Shown here: piece by piece, positions 35,142 to 48,480 of the stretch
Numbering within the stretch: position 1 is the first letter of the stretch
Layout of the letters: the number at the start of each line of letters is the position of its first letter
NCBI GenBank assembly: GCA_013265495.1
Contig: MU058009.1
Coordinates: 3,615,780 to 3,679,779 of the forward strand
Direction of reading: 5' to 3'
DNA from: Vicugna vicugna
Lineage: Eukaryota
Length of the DNA stretch: 64,000 nt
The notes under the pieces: generated by a model
The model's input: the letters and a program-made list of their open reading frames with translations, nothing else
What the model was told of the DNA's origin: nothing
The model's database searches: none
Made by a program: the position numbers and the translations under genes

Positions 35142-37886
35142 GGGACAAGTGACCCCGCAGGCCTGTGCCTCTGGATCTGAGCCACTCCTCAAGGACACTT
35201 GAGCCCAGAAGACATGAGCCGGGAAGTCTCCTGATGCCAGGCTCTCCCACGTTCCCTCTGACTGGAGGACTCGCTGTTTCGAGATTCTGGCATATCACTG
35301 CCGTCCGAAACTTAACAGACCTTCTGGAGTGGGCTTGGCCAGTTCGGGGTGAGCACAGTCAGAAAAAGGGATGAGGTGAGGTTAGTCTAAACGGACCCAA
35401 CAGGAAGGGCCTGGAGCATGAGGGCTTCCAGACGCAGAGCCGGCTGCTGCCCGCTGCCCACTTCCCCTCTCGCCGTCTGCGCAGTCCCGTCTGATTGACT
35501 GCCTGACTCAGGCAACCTAATGAGGGGGAGCACCCCATATGACGCAGCCAAGGCTGCGGAGTGGCTTGATTGACAGCCCTGGGATCAGAGTCTGTGCACA
35601 GCCCCACTTGCTGCTAATGTTAATGGTTGAGAAATTAAAACGTTGCTCGATGCCTAATGAATGCAGCCTGTGCCTCCTATTAGCACATGCCAGCTGCATC
35701 TCTGGGAACCAGGAAGCAGCAACAGTGTCTAAATTATTTATCAGTTCCCTTACCTCCACCCCAGAAGAGAGCTGGCTTCTGCATTACTTTATTTCATGGA
35801 CTGATATGCAGAGTAATTGCTTTGGGTTTTGGTGATTTTTTTTTTCTTTCCTATGGCTTTTCTTTTCCTGATTCGACATCAGGGGGGAAGAAAGAGAGAG
35901 AAAATATCATGTCAATGTCATTTGAATCATAATAGCTACAAATTCACTCCCCTGAATAAATAGAGAACCTTATTTATCAAACACAGACAAGATGTCTGTC
36001 GAGTTCACAGAGGGAGAGAGATTTGAGTCGGCAGAAGCAATTGCAGAAGCTTGCGTATTTCCAGAGCTCCCTTGGGGACAGTGAGCACACAGCTACTTCC
36101 CTGGCCTGGAACCTTGAGCCTCGCAGCCGATGGACCACCCAAACTTGGCTGTCAGAACCCGTCAGGGGACGAACCGGGCCGCTGAGGGGGGCAGGTAACT
36201 CAGGGCGTGCAGTCAGCACGGAGGAGTGAGGCAGCACGTGCGCCATCAGCTCCGCATCCATTTAGGGCGGGGGAGGGGGTGGTGGTGGATGAAGGACCAG
36301 GCAGGGGAGCAGATGAAAAGGGTTAGGTTGTTTGTGGCTCCAGTCTTTTTATTCTGTTTTATTTCCGTTTTTATTCAGGAAGGGCCAGCTGCCCCTTTCT
36401 GTTGCAAACACAGGCTTCTGCTGCCCCCTCTCCCCACGTCTCTCCTCCCTCACGATGGCCTCTGGGTCCCACTGCGACGCCAGAGCCTGTGCCCTCTGGG
36501 ACCCTCCTGGAGGCAGCAGCAGGTGTAGCGGTGATGGGTCCTCTCTGTTGAGCAGCTGCCTCCAGGGCTGAGCTGAGTGCTTGAGGTGCATTCTCTCATC
36601 CGGTTCTCACGGTGAACTGGGAGGAGGCGCTCTCTTATGGCAAGTTTATGTCGATGAGAAAACCGAGTCCCAGGGAGGCTGGTGACTTGCTCAGGATCGC
36701 TCCCATGACAACACGTCCGGCCGGGATTCAAGTCCTAGCTTTTAATGCCATCCACGCAGACAGACACACCTCTGACTTTGATCCCCAACAGCTGAGTTCT
36801 CTTGGGCCAGTTGCGCACGTCTGTCAGGAACTCAGTTTCTGGGGAGCAATTCGCCGTCATCATGGGGAGCGTGGGCTCCTGGGTCTTGACCCCAGCACGG
36901 CACAGTGTGGCCTTGGGGCGTTCTCGACCTGCGCTTGCTCGCCTGCAAAGCGGCGGTGATCACCGTAGCACCTCCCACGCGGGAATGGCTTTGACGCTGG
37001 GTGGTTCCCGCAGGTAGGAGGGTAGAGGTCGGCTTGGTGCACAGTCAGCACGGAGCACACGGTCGTTGTCAGCACTCCGTGTCCTCCTTGTGCCCACGAT
37101 ACCGCGTGCGATGCGCTGGTCCTGGAGGCCTGCTCTGGCCTGGGGCTTCGGGACTCAGGCCCACGTGTACGCCTCCTTCAAGCTCCAGAGCCATCTCTGG
37201 TGTTGTGCCAACGAGACAGAGGTAGAGGCTGAACGCAGGAGCGGCCGTGAGCAGTGTGGATCGTCAGCGCGTGGCCATCTTTCTGCTGTTAATGCCTGTG
37301 TGTGTCTGCACCTCACGTCACGCGAGCGCGTCAGCCCCACGTCACCCTTCCGTGGGGTGGCGATTATGTCCTCATCTTAAAAAGCCGCTCAGTGATGAGC
37401 CCAAGGACCAGAAGGTCAGTGGGAAAAGCGGGACCTCAGGCCACATGTCCTGCTTCCACGACAGTTCTCAGCTGTCTGCAAGGCGCAGGGGTGTGGGAGG
37501 CTGAGTGAAGCCCCGAGCACGGAGGCGCCTTAGAAAATGAGCTTTTGTCTAACTGTATGAGGCATTTTCTCTTCCAGAATAAAAGACTGGGCAAAGTGTC
37601 CTGGCTGTATTTCACCAGCTCATCTTTTACAAAACATAAAAATTTACCACTTTTCCTTTTTCTGACAGGAGTGCAATTAATCTTGTCTCCTCTAGACCCC
37701 CACGCTGGCACACGGCACGACTGCCTTGAAAGCCGGCGAGTCCCTGGGGGGGGAGAAATTGAAACAACCCAAGGCAATAAGAATGACTGGAGAGTTCAAA
37801 GCCTGGCCAGTGGGAACCCGTTTGAGTTCAAGGCTCCTCCAGGTCTTCCGGGCTGTGGTCGGGGAGGCAGAGGGCTCCCCTCGGCG

Positions 37887-37963
37887 GGCGGGCGGGCGGG
37901 GTGCACAGGTCAGGGCAGAAAAGGAGGCGGGCGGGCGGGGAGCAGAGGTCAGGGCAGAAAAGG
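37887..37963 (+). repeat. 39-bp-period tandem duplication (2 copies, 2 mismatches), GC-box and G-run rich
   Basis: ggcgggcgggcggggtgcacaggtcagggcagaaaagg versus ggcgggcgggcggggagcagaggtcagggcagaaaagg. Confidence 0.9.
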
Positions 37964-40779
37964 GCACCGGTGGGGCATTTGCAGGCAGCAGGTGCTCTCC
38001 CGGGTCCTGAGGGACGGGAAAGGCCAGAGACCTGCGAACTTGAAAGAGAAAGCCGGCCCCCTTCCAGGAGCTTTTGTTGAGCTGAGGGAGAAGCAGAAAA
38101 GCAATGACTATTAACGCTTGCATTTCCACCTCACACAGCCGGTATCGTCTAGACCGTGTGACCGGCTTCTGAGCGACACTGTGTTCCTTGAGTCAAAATC
38201 TCCTCTCTGTCAGGAAATCCTAGCTCAGGCTTGGCAGGGAACCCGACGTCCTCTGCAGCCTGGCACGTGCTGGGGACGTAGCAGATGCTCAGCGAATTCC
38301 TGAAAAGTCATGTTGGGTTGTCCAGCCTGAATCCCCCTGAAATATTATTTGCCTGAGAGCATTGATCGCACTTAAATAGCCATGTGGGGAGGGCAGTCGT
38401 GACCCAGGTGATCCAGCGAGAGTGGCTAATCGCCAGGACGGTTCCGTGGTTCCTCTAAGCACACAGTTTTATGTATCCATTTGCTTTCCCAAAGAAGTTT
38501 CTCTTGGTTAATCCATTTACGCATTCAACCAGTTTTTATGGCGTTCGCACCACGGGCGCTGCGCTAGGAAGAACAAGGGCATTCAGGAGCCGCAGTCTCT
38601 GCCCACACGGGTTTGATCAGGTGTGGGGAAAGGATCGATGTTACATCGTAATTACGCTAACTGCTTAGCTGCCGCAGTTACACAGGATGGTGATCAGCAG
38701 AGCGTTCGAGGGTATGTAACGAAACCCTACCCAGACCTGCCCCGGGGGCAGGGTAGTGGTGAGGGGTGAAGGCTTTGAGGACATGGCTTTGGGTTAAGCC
38801 TTAGGGAACAGGGGGAGGGCAAGTTGAGGTGAGTGGCCTTTCTCAAGGACTTCTGACCGATCCTCGTTGGCTGGTGTGGTCACCTGTCCTCAGATCTACC
38901 CTGTCCTCAGGCCTTCAGGATGGCTTGCCTTGTTCAAGGCTCAGGGGAGGAGGGGCTCCTGGGGGCTCAGTCTGCCAAGCAGGGGTCGTGGGGGGTCACT
39001 GGACCATCCCCTCCCGTCTTCCCATCCTGCGCGCTCAGCGGCGTCCGTCTAGAAGGAGCTCTTCTCACCAAGGCCTTGAAAGGGCAGAATCAAAATTGTG
39101 TAGCCAGGGGACTCCTTGGGGACACGGGTCCACTGCCCAGGGTGGCAGTGGCTGTGAATTCCAACCAGTTTCCCAAAACGAGGGCGTTTCCATCAATAGG
39201 TGGCACGTAACCCCACTGTCTCTCTTCCTGGCTTCCCAGTCTGAATGCGATGTATTATGATTAACAACGGCCCGGCCTGGTCAGAGGCTGGAGTCCAGTC
39301 TCCTCTTCCCGCTGGCGTCAGTAGGACTCCCTTGCTCGAGTCCCTGCACGGGGGTCTGTCTGGGCGGCACATGGGGGAGTTGCGTGGCGTACGCCCCACA
39401 GGTCCCAGGCCCACCCTGGAGGGGCCCAGCATCACCTGTGTCCCAGGAAACTGCTGCAAAAAGGAGGAAAGACCAGGGACGAAGGCTGTTAGCTTGGAGG
39501 TTTGAGAATAAGGGACTGTGGACTGAGAAGGGCACTGATCCCACGAACAAAAGCGATTGCTCTGGCTTCTGACTTAACTTGTTCAGATCCTAACATCTAC
39601 TGCTTGTATGTGTGTGTGTGTTTTGGGGAGTGGCTGATAAAGGAGAGGGAGGAGCACTGGAGAACGCCACAATCACAGAATACAGGACGGCAGACGTTAG
39701 GTGACAAAAGAAAGATGCAGTCACTTATCCTGACAATTTCAGCACCACTTTCCTCATCGAGGAAGAGGGAAATGGGAAAGGATCTAACTTTGTTTTTTTA
39801 ACTGGTGGGCGTCCGGGGGTGAACGTATGCAGTAACCCTCTGTGGGAGTATTTGACGGATGAAGACTGAGGCTAAGGAAACACGGTTCATACGTGGCGGA
39901 TACTCGCTTCGGACCCGTGTCTGTGTGCCCCCGAGTCCTGTGTGAACTCCCGCTGCGCCAGGGCTTCAGCCGCCACTCAGGCGCCGCTCCAGCTTCTTGT
40001 AAAGCACATCGATTAATTAATGTGCGAAGTAGTTGAGTTTCCACTGCACGCGTGAAACAGACTTCGGCCCTGCGGAGAACACGAGGAGCAGTCACGACAC
40101 TGACAGTGGTGGCTGATGTCCACACGGTGATGGCTGTTTCCTCAGCTTCCCTCAGAACGTGCTGTAGACATTAACTCATTCAGTGAGACACCGGCGTCTA
40201 GACACGTGGCTGCCAAACATTCCAAACTTTCACCGGCAAGCCCTGGAACCCGATTATTTGGGGTTAGGGGCCAGGAGCAGGCTGTGAACACAGGGTTGAG
40301 ACCAGGACCGGCTGGGGTGCTTTGGGCCAAAAAACACAAATTCCCCACTTTGCCAGTTGCTCCAGGAAATGCTCCTCCTGGGGTCCACGAGCAGAATGTG
40401 TGGCTCCTGGAAGGGGGAGGGAGGGGTTGTGAATCGGTGGGCAGGCATGTGTTCCCAGACACTGCATTTTCCCCCGTCCCCTGCCGGGGGCTCAGGTTTT
40501 CTCTGCAGCCCCTGGGGATGCCACCTTTAAAGCTGCCCTTTATCCTCTCAGCAAAGAGGCTGGGATGGGCAGTGTAAGCCATGTCGGAAGGGCTAGAGGT
40601 TAGATGCAGTGTAGAATCTCCTAGCAGCAAGGGTTTTAAGAAACTTGGAAGCATGAGTCGGGGTAGAGCAGCGGGTGTGAGCATTGCTGAGCGGCTGCCC
40701 TCCTCCATCATGGCCGGGTGACGCGTGCAGCTCCCTCGCCCAGTCCCTCCCTGGTTGCTGCCCAGACACCAGCTGCAGC

Positions 40780-42120
40780 TGCAGTCCACGCCCTGTCATC
40801 TCAGGATGAGGTATCCCTCCCCCTGCGAAGGGCTGGTCCTGCCACTTCTCCCCTGATGCCACCGGCCTCCCCACCACCCCAGAACTCTGGTCCATTCACC
40901 TCTCTCTCTCTTCGAGCCTTTAACCTCTTCTTCCCTTTGACCATTTTTTCTTTTTACTTTAAACCAATCAAGTTGAAAAATTAAGAAAAGCAATGAACCT
41001 TAAACACACGTCCTCTTCTAATAATTGCCTTATCTCTTGGCTTCCGTTATCATCCAGATTTCTTGAAAGGGGAGTCCACACCCCCACCGTTTGCACCTTA
41101 TTACCTCATACACTCTTCTCAAGCAACTATAATCTGACCTCTCACCCCACCATTTCATTGAAATTGCTCTCATTAAAGTTGGAGATAATGACCTCCTCCA
41201 GGACAAGGGCCACAGAACACTTCCAGGATTTCCCTGCTCTTTCTCCGGACACATTCATGTCTCCGTCTTCATAAGGGCTGACGCAGCTAACCCCCTCCGC
41301 CCTGAAACTCCTCTTCCTCAGCGTGGACGGCTCCTGACTTTCTTTTCCCAGTATCATCTTTAAAGGTTGCTTTCTCTGGGTTCTCCCTCGACTGGCATGG
41401 GACCTTGCAGACCTCACTTATACTCATGTTTTGAAGTCCCACTTCTCTGCTGATAATCCCCAAATCTCTCTGGCCCGTGAGTCCCGTGCCTACATGCCCC
41501 ACTGTCTGCTGGAAAACGTCACCCAAACCCCTCCCTGCACCATGTGCCCCTCATGCTTCACATCCCACCTGGAATCTATCATCTTTATCTCTTATCCTGT
41601 CTTCTTCTTCTTTCTCTTCCTTGATCTGCAGCACCTCCATCTGCTCAGTTGCCCAGCCAGGAACCTGAACTTCTCAATGTTCGTCTTTCTCCAGAGCTTC
41701 GTTTACAACCAGTCACCAGTTCTGGAATCTTCGTTTCAGCGATTCCCCCCATTTAGTCGTTCCTGATGCCACGATCTTAGCTCAGCTTCTCTTCGTATCA
41801 TTCTTAGACTCTCCCAGTGGTCTCCCCTCTGTCATCCTTACCTCCACTCTGCCCCGCCACTGTCTCCGCAAACTTGGTGCTGCTCGCAGGGCAGTGTTTC
41901 CAAAATGCTGGCCATGCCAGTGCCCACGATCGACTGGACAAAGCTTCGGATTTTCCATCTACATAGAAAGGTGTAATTTATGTGACATCAGCATATCTCT
42001 CCACCTCAAGGCGTACCCTTGCTATTTAGGTCATATGGAAATCATTCTCCTTGCGATTCCCCCAGCCTCTGGTGCTCCTTCTGCCTACAGCATCCTGCAT
42101 CCTCCTCCTCCGTCCTCCTC
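40780..42120 (+). mobile_element. LINE-2 ORF2 (RT region) fossil and downstream part
   Basis: SNNCLISWLPLSSRFLERGVH resembles NYRPISLLPxLSKxLERVV; a shifted frame gives SDLSPHHFIEIALIKVGDNDL, resembling QSGFRPxHSTETALxKVxNDL. Confidence 0.75.
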
Positions 42121-44274
42121 CAGCGTGTCTTTGGATCCATTCGCTCTTTATTCTGTCCTCTCAGGTGGCTGAGCACAGTCCTTCGTAGACACAAGGGAAT
42201 AAGACATTGGCCAAGTCAAGCCCCAGCTTACAAGGAGACAGGGTGGCGCCCACCCACATGGTCCACACAGTGAAGCTTAGGAAAGCTCGTGACTAGTTGT
42301 CTTTCATTGTTTAGAATTATTTCATTACTGGGTCACTCCTTTGATGGCCTTTGTCTTTTTGTTTTTGGAGAATCCTCTGTGAATGTCTGTGGGAGGAGGT
42401 TAATCCCGTAAACCTGGAGAGCTCCCACATGGTCTGGAGGGGGGTCGTGGCAGTTACCTGAGAGGGAGGCTCTTGGTGAAATGGGACACCAGAGAAAAAG
42501 TCCCATGGAGGACGTGGGGGAGAGCTGCCCCACAGAGAGCTGAGAAAAGCCTCAATGCGACAGTTGGACCGTCCGCATCACACAGCTGATGTGGTCCAGC
42601 CACGTGGAGGACGCCGGCAAGTCAGGATTCAGGTTAAGGCTCAGGTCACTAACAAAGAGAAAAGACAAAGAGATTTCCTGAATAATCCAGAATCGTCACC
42701 ATGTCATCCTGTGTTCATCTCCTTAAAGAAAACCAAAGAAACAGTCAAAGATAGATTGTTCCTTGGGGTCTTGTGAGACGGGCCAGTGTATGTCTGAGCT
42801 TTAGAAATAAAACGCAGAGGTCATGCACCTAGTACTCAGCAGGTGGCTGGAGGGAGAGAGAGGAAGAAGTTATGTTACTACCCCAAGTCTGGGGACAGAG
42901 GAGGGAGAGAAGACCTTCAGCAAACACGTAGTGAATGTCTCTGCCCGGAGGGAGCTAGCCACGGAGATGACACTGGACCAGTGCAGTCGTGTTCCTTGCT
43001 GTGAGCATCACCTGGCACTCGGCAGGTTTTCTGAACAGGTGTTCATGGAAGGGAGGGAGGGAGAAAGGGATGAAGGAAGGAAGGGGGGAAGGAAACAGGT
43101 GCCCTATTGTTAGTTGGTCTGAACAGCTTAAATCAGCCAACTCTCCATTAAAGATTGACTGTCTAGCTTTTCACCCTGTGGTATGTTCTTGTCCATGGCG
43201 TGTTTTTCTAGAAAACCCGCGCTATTTCCCATCAAAGCGAGGGAGCACTTTATCAGGCTGACCCGTGTCCTACGTATCAGCTCAACACTTGAGCCCGATG
43301 CGTCGTTACGCCAGGCAGCAAGTGCGTGGTAGAGTCGGGCTTCTGAAACCAGGTACCAGAGCACCCGGCCAACTGAGCTCCCAGGCCCTGCAGCCGTGCC
43401 GGGCATCAGAGGACGCTTCTCCGCTGCTCGAGGCCCCCAGGCGGGCCGGCCGCCTGGCACCTGCCCAGAGCGGGGAAGAAAGGTGGGCCCTGCTCAGGTT
43501 CTGGGGCAAGTCCAGCCTTTGTTTCCTAATCAGTCTCAGTTATTTACCGGCCCCAGAACAAGGCGGGGACGGCACGCTTATAACTTTGGATCTGAGGGGT
43601 TTATGTGTGTGCTGGGCCAGTTCTGTAAGACAGCTGCCCCAGTAAAGGATTTACCAAGACAATAAAGAAGAGGGGAAAGAGCCTGGAGACCCTCCAGTGA
43701 GAGCAGTTCCTGCATATTATGAGTCTAAGAGAGAAGACTTGGCACAGATGCCCCACTTTGCCCGCGTCCACCCCTCCCAGCCTCTCTCCTGCCCTGCCCA
43801 GCACGCAGGCTCGAGAGCTTCCAATCTTCACCTGAGAGTCTAAATACTACAGGGACTTGACTGTCCTTTTTGTCTGATGACACCCAACCCCAGTTCCCTT
43901 ACCCCAGAGGCATTTCTCTTTCATTAGTAACGGCTTTCCTGTTTGGGCTATTCTTGGGGATTTCAAAGATGGCTCGTTCTAGCCAATGAAACACAGTTTA
44001 ATTGAAACTGGGTATCTCAACCCTGTGAAAGTCACCAAGCACTTTTCCACGTAACCCGCCACCCACATTTCAGCTCCGCTGGGCTCTTTTCCTGAGTGTC
44101 CACTCTGCTCTGTGCATGTGTCGGGTGGGAGGGGTTAGAGGCAGATTCCAGGCTGCCCCAGGCTGGTGGAGGGCACGAGGAACACTCACTAGTGCCCTGC
44201 GCACCACCTTGCACAGCTGGGAGCTGAATAAAGGCTTATCTATAAGCATTCTGACCATGATGATTCAATTACTC

Positions 44275-45390
44275 TGTTATTCATAATTCATCTATATAAC
44301 CATCACACTTGTTTCCAGCACCTGCTATATGCCTTCAATATAGAGATGAATTAGAAACAGTCTCCCTGTCCTTGAAAAGCATTTTAGGGCTTGGTGGAGG
44401 AGACAGACAATTACAGTGTGACAGAGAATGTCTTCTAACAGAAGTTTGCAGAAGGAGTGAGATTTCCAGACAGAAGGAAGAAACGAGGATTCTGGGCAGA
44501 GAAAACAGCATGTGCCAGCTGTGAGAAAGGTGGCAGAGAGCACGGGAGGCCCAGAAACCGCTAGGTGTTAGGCGCAGAGCATCACAAGGGGAACGTGGAC
44601 AGAGCATCTGAGGGGTGTGGAAATGGAGATGGTGAGAAGTGAGGCTACAGAGGCCAAGTGAGACTAAGAGAAACGGGGCTGTGAGCAGTCAAGGCTTGGA
44701 TGCCTTCCTGTGGACCTCGGAAGCCCTTGCACACCTGGAGCAGTGGGAGAAGTGGAATCAGCAATGGAAGGAGGTGGCTCTGGGAAAGAGCAGACCCAAG
44801 AGAGGACTGTTAGGTTAATGCCTGGAAGAGACGATGAGGAAATGACCTGGGCCCGGGGCAGCAGCACGGAGGGGAAGGAGGGATTCGAAAGGTAACTGGG
44901 AGGCAGAGCTGAGGGTTGTGGTGGGAAGTGTGTGGGGGGACAGGACAGGGCCCAGAGGAGAGTAAACTCACCTCAGAACAGAACTTAGGGGGTCCCACAC
45001 TCAGTAATGAAATGAATAACATGCTAATGCCGTATTTTAAGGAATAAAATGCTGAATAAAAACCCGACGATTAATAACGTATCAAATTTTAAAATAGAGA
45101 CAGATGAGTGTCACCCATTTTCCCCTCTGCCTCCAACATGTCTCCTCATGGTAGTGCACTGATTCTGGCTTTATTCAAAATTTTAACAGTTTGTTCATTA
45201 TACTTTTGTATGACTTTGATTTTTTAAAAAACATGGTGTTAAATCATTGTTTATCTTGATAAGCATCTTTGAGGGGCACTCTCCTAAGTTTTGCACCAAC
45301 GCAAGTCTCTCATTCTCCTCGCCCTGGTCCTGGCCGTGGAGCAGGTCTGGGGTAAGAGACAGGCAGGTGTCAGGACTGACTGTAAGGTGC
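44275..45390 (-). mobile_element. LINE-2 3' portion interrupted by a MER96B-like MITE
   Basis: tcataattcatc...agcacctgctatatgcc...gatgaattagaaacagtctccctgtccttga...ttctgggcagagaaaacagcatgtgc...gagacgatgaggaaatgacctggg; resumes near 45340 with ggggtaagagacaggcaggtgtcaggactgact. Confidence 0.7.
44941..45338. mobile_element. MER96B-like palindromic hAT MITE
   Basis: AT-rich ~400-bp element with degenerate long inverted arms (ctcagtaatgaaatgaataac...atcaaattttaaaatagagacag versus ctggctttattcaaaattttaac...ttgtttatcttgataagc), ending ctcgccctggtcctggccgtg. Confidence 0.7.
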
Positions 45391-46079
45391 TGTCGGGTCA
45401 GGTGCCCTGATGTCCACGACAGAGCCTTCCTCCAGCCGAGGACTGCACGGTCTGCTTCTAGAAGTGACCTTTTTCCCGGACACCTCTCCACTACCCACCA
45501 AAGGTTGCCTTTTATGCTAGGAGCATTCACCAAATGCAGGCTTCATGCAGACCACGATGAAACTTACATACAGCTTGTGTACAACTTGCCTAAATGCTGC
45601 AAATGCTTTGGAATAAGCACGGAAATTGGTTTCCAAGCTCCAGCAGTTCCTAAAATAGGGGTGGTTTAAAATAAAGCAGGCCTATAAAAGGGATTCCTAC
45701 AGAGCATTCCATGGGGAATAGCAGCGAGCCCCCAAAATGGAAAGCCTGGGGAAGGAGTCATAAAGGGCATCCAGCCAGTCCCGGGAAAGGGCGGTCCAAG
45801 AGGGGAAGGTGGTCTGCCGGGGGAGCGGTCGGCTCTGTCTCCAGCAACTCGGTGCCGTGAGGCTCACTCCTGTCCCTCCCCTGAAGCTGCTGCTTACTTT
45901 GTATCCCAGCTTGATGCAGATGTAACATATTCTGTGAGTGCAAAATTTGGCTTAAAAAATACTGTGGCCTTTGGAAATCCAGGAGGGAACTGGGAGGGAG
46001 GGTTCCCAAGTTAACTGCAATGTGCAAATAGAGTACCAGGGGGATGGTGAGGGGCAGAGGGGAGGCTGCTGGCCGTACC

Positions 46080-46450
46080 AGGCGGCCGTCCACAAGGCAG
46101 GGCCTCGGTTGGGACATTGAATGGGCCAGAATGGGCACCGACATAGACAATTGGATTATGGGGGAGGATGAGTGAAAATTTGAGTGGAGTTGCCTGATAG
46201 CTTTCATTTCCTTAGAGAAGTTGGAGGAAAGATTGCTTTCTGAGAGTGTGGGGTCAGAATGCATCTTCAGTGGGTAGTAAAGGTTAAGAGAAGGGAAGAG
46301 AGGACTGGCCAGAGATACTGAGTGGACTTGGAGGGGTCCTTGCCGACCTTCTGCTCTGGGAGACCACGGATGCACATGGCTCCAGTGGGCACGGTTGGGT
46401 GATCTCTATCTCTGGGTGAAGTCTTGGAGAGGGCTGGCCATGGGACTGAC
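46080..46450 (-). mobile_element. LINE-2 ORF2 fragment
   Basis: Minus-strand translation LSESNLSSNFSKEMKAIRQ resembles L2 LSADDLASYFTEKIEAIR. Confidence 0.55.
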
Positions 46451-47956
46451 CCCAGGTTGGGAATCCGTGAGGCGTGGGAGGGTGAGGGAGCTGGGCGGCA
46501 TAGAAGGAGAGGGAGAAGGTAAAGTAGCCGGCGTTGGGGGCAGTGACCAGTGGCACTGGCGATGAAGTGCTGAGAGACATAAAGGATGCTTAGGAGTCCC
46601 AGGCCTCCACGTGCCATGGCACCTGTTGGAAGGATGGGAAGGGGCTGAGGGATCTGTGTGCTACAGGGTCCTCCCTCAGCAGGGTCAGCCCTCGGTCAGC
46701 AGGGCAGGCACATCACCCCAGTTCTCTAGCAATGGGCCCCCTTTTGCTGTTGTGGCGTCCCGACAGTCATGATGAACGCTGCCTCATTATGTTACCATCT
46801 CTTCTCTTGAAATGCAGCCATGTAGTCCCCTCTTAGGGAGAAGAAGACGCCTTGTCTGCCTCTGGAGCAGCATTTAGGAGCAGGCACCCCTGTAAAGAAG
46901 ACTTACTTCCTTAGTAGCTCTGCAAGCTTCCCCTAGGCCCCCAACTCATCATAAAGCTGCTAAAATACGAGAGTCAATAATGAAGGAACGTCCTCAGGTT
47001 GATAATGAAGACGGATGCTGCTAACATTTCTTACTGCCCTGCAGAATAGAGCTGTCAGGGCAGGAGGGGATTCGAGAAGGTGGTGTGCAATTAAGCCGGC
47101 TGGAATTGGGCCAAGCAACCCAAGGTTAATGGCCCTGGGAATGGGAACATTAATGACCACTAATGGTCAAGCCCCTTTTTGTCTTACTCATTAGAGCCAC
47201 CTTTTATATTCTATGCGACCACGGCCTTTGGCTGGGGGACCGGGGTGATGGAGAGTTGCCACTCCCCCGGACGATGCATCACGCGCGCTGACAGCCCCTG
47301 TCAGCCCTTGACTCCCCATCACAACATCAGGTAGAGCGCGTAGCGGCTCCCAACACACTCGCCATCCGCCGCGCAGCGCCGCTGAGAGCGAGGCGGTACA
47401 CACGATGCATATTCATGGACCAGACCGCTCCGGGTTCCGTCCAGCAGACTGACAGAAGCGTGACACCCCTTGCTTTCGCCTGTTTGGTGCTGGTGTTCCA
47501 TTTTCCACACGCTCCTGGCTGAGCTGGGATGGAATCTTTAACCACTGTGGAGTGTGTCCTGGTCGTATCTGACGGTGACGGAATTATTAACCTGTGAATC
47601 TTCACGGGCTCCCACCCGCCGAGACCGACAAAGAGAGCGCTATTTCTGTCCACGCCGTGCCCCCTTCCCCCTACTCCTCTCCCCTCCAAGAGAGAACTCT
47701 GCCTTTGCCAGAGCTAAGCTTCTGTGATAAGCTTTTGTGATGCAAATATGGGACACCAGTAGACAGAGATGGAGCTGGAGTAGGAGGGATGAGGGTATAA
47801 ACTCAGGGGAGAGAAGAAAAAAGCTGAGACCAAGCCAAGGAGGGAGGCGCAGTCAGATTCAGCAGGGCCGTGGTTTGCCTGGGGCTCAGTGGAGAAGCAG
47901 CTTCGAGGCGGCTGTGTGGTGTGTGTGCGAGAGGAAGCACAAGCAGGGGAAGTGAA

Positions 47957-48441
47957 TTTTTTTGAATTGATGTACAGTTGACTTGCAGTGTTGGGTTAGT
48001 TTCTGGTGTGCAGTGCAGTGACTCGGTTATACGTATACATATATATGTGTGTATGTGTATGTATACACACACCCTTTTCGTATTCTTTCACATTATAGGT
48101 TATCACAAGCTGTTGAATGTGGTTTCCTGCGCTGTGCAGAAGGACCTTGTTGTTTCTCTATTCTGTATACAGTAGTTAGTGAGTGCTGATCTCAAACTCC
48201 CAATGTATCCCTCCCCCCTTCCCCTTTGGTAACTGTAAGTTTATGTTCTATGTCTGTGAGTCTGTTTCTGTTTTGTAGATCATTTCATTTGTGTCACTAT
48301 TTTAGATTCCACATGTGAGTGTTATCATGATATTTGTCTTTCTCTGTTTGACTTACTTCACTTAGTATGTTCATCTCTAAGTCCATTCATGTTGCTGTAA
48401 ATGGCACTATTTTATTCTTTTTTATGGCTGAGTAGTATTCC

Positions 48442-48476
<35 letters not shown>

Positions 48477-48480
48477 CACA
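47957..48480 (-). mobile_element. LINE-1 3' end (cetartiodactyl/camelid-type) with internal (TG)15
   Basis: Poly-T then aattgatgtacagttgacttgcagtgttgggttagtttctggtgtgcag...tttagattccacatgtgagtg...ttcttttttatggctgagtagtattccac. Confidence 0.92.
48444..48474 (+). repeat. (TG)15 microsatellite
   Basis: Read directly. Confidence 0.97.
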
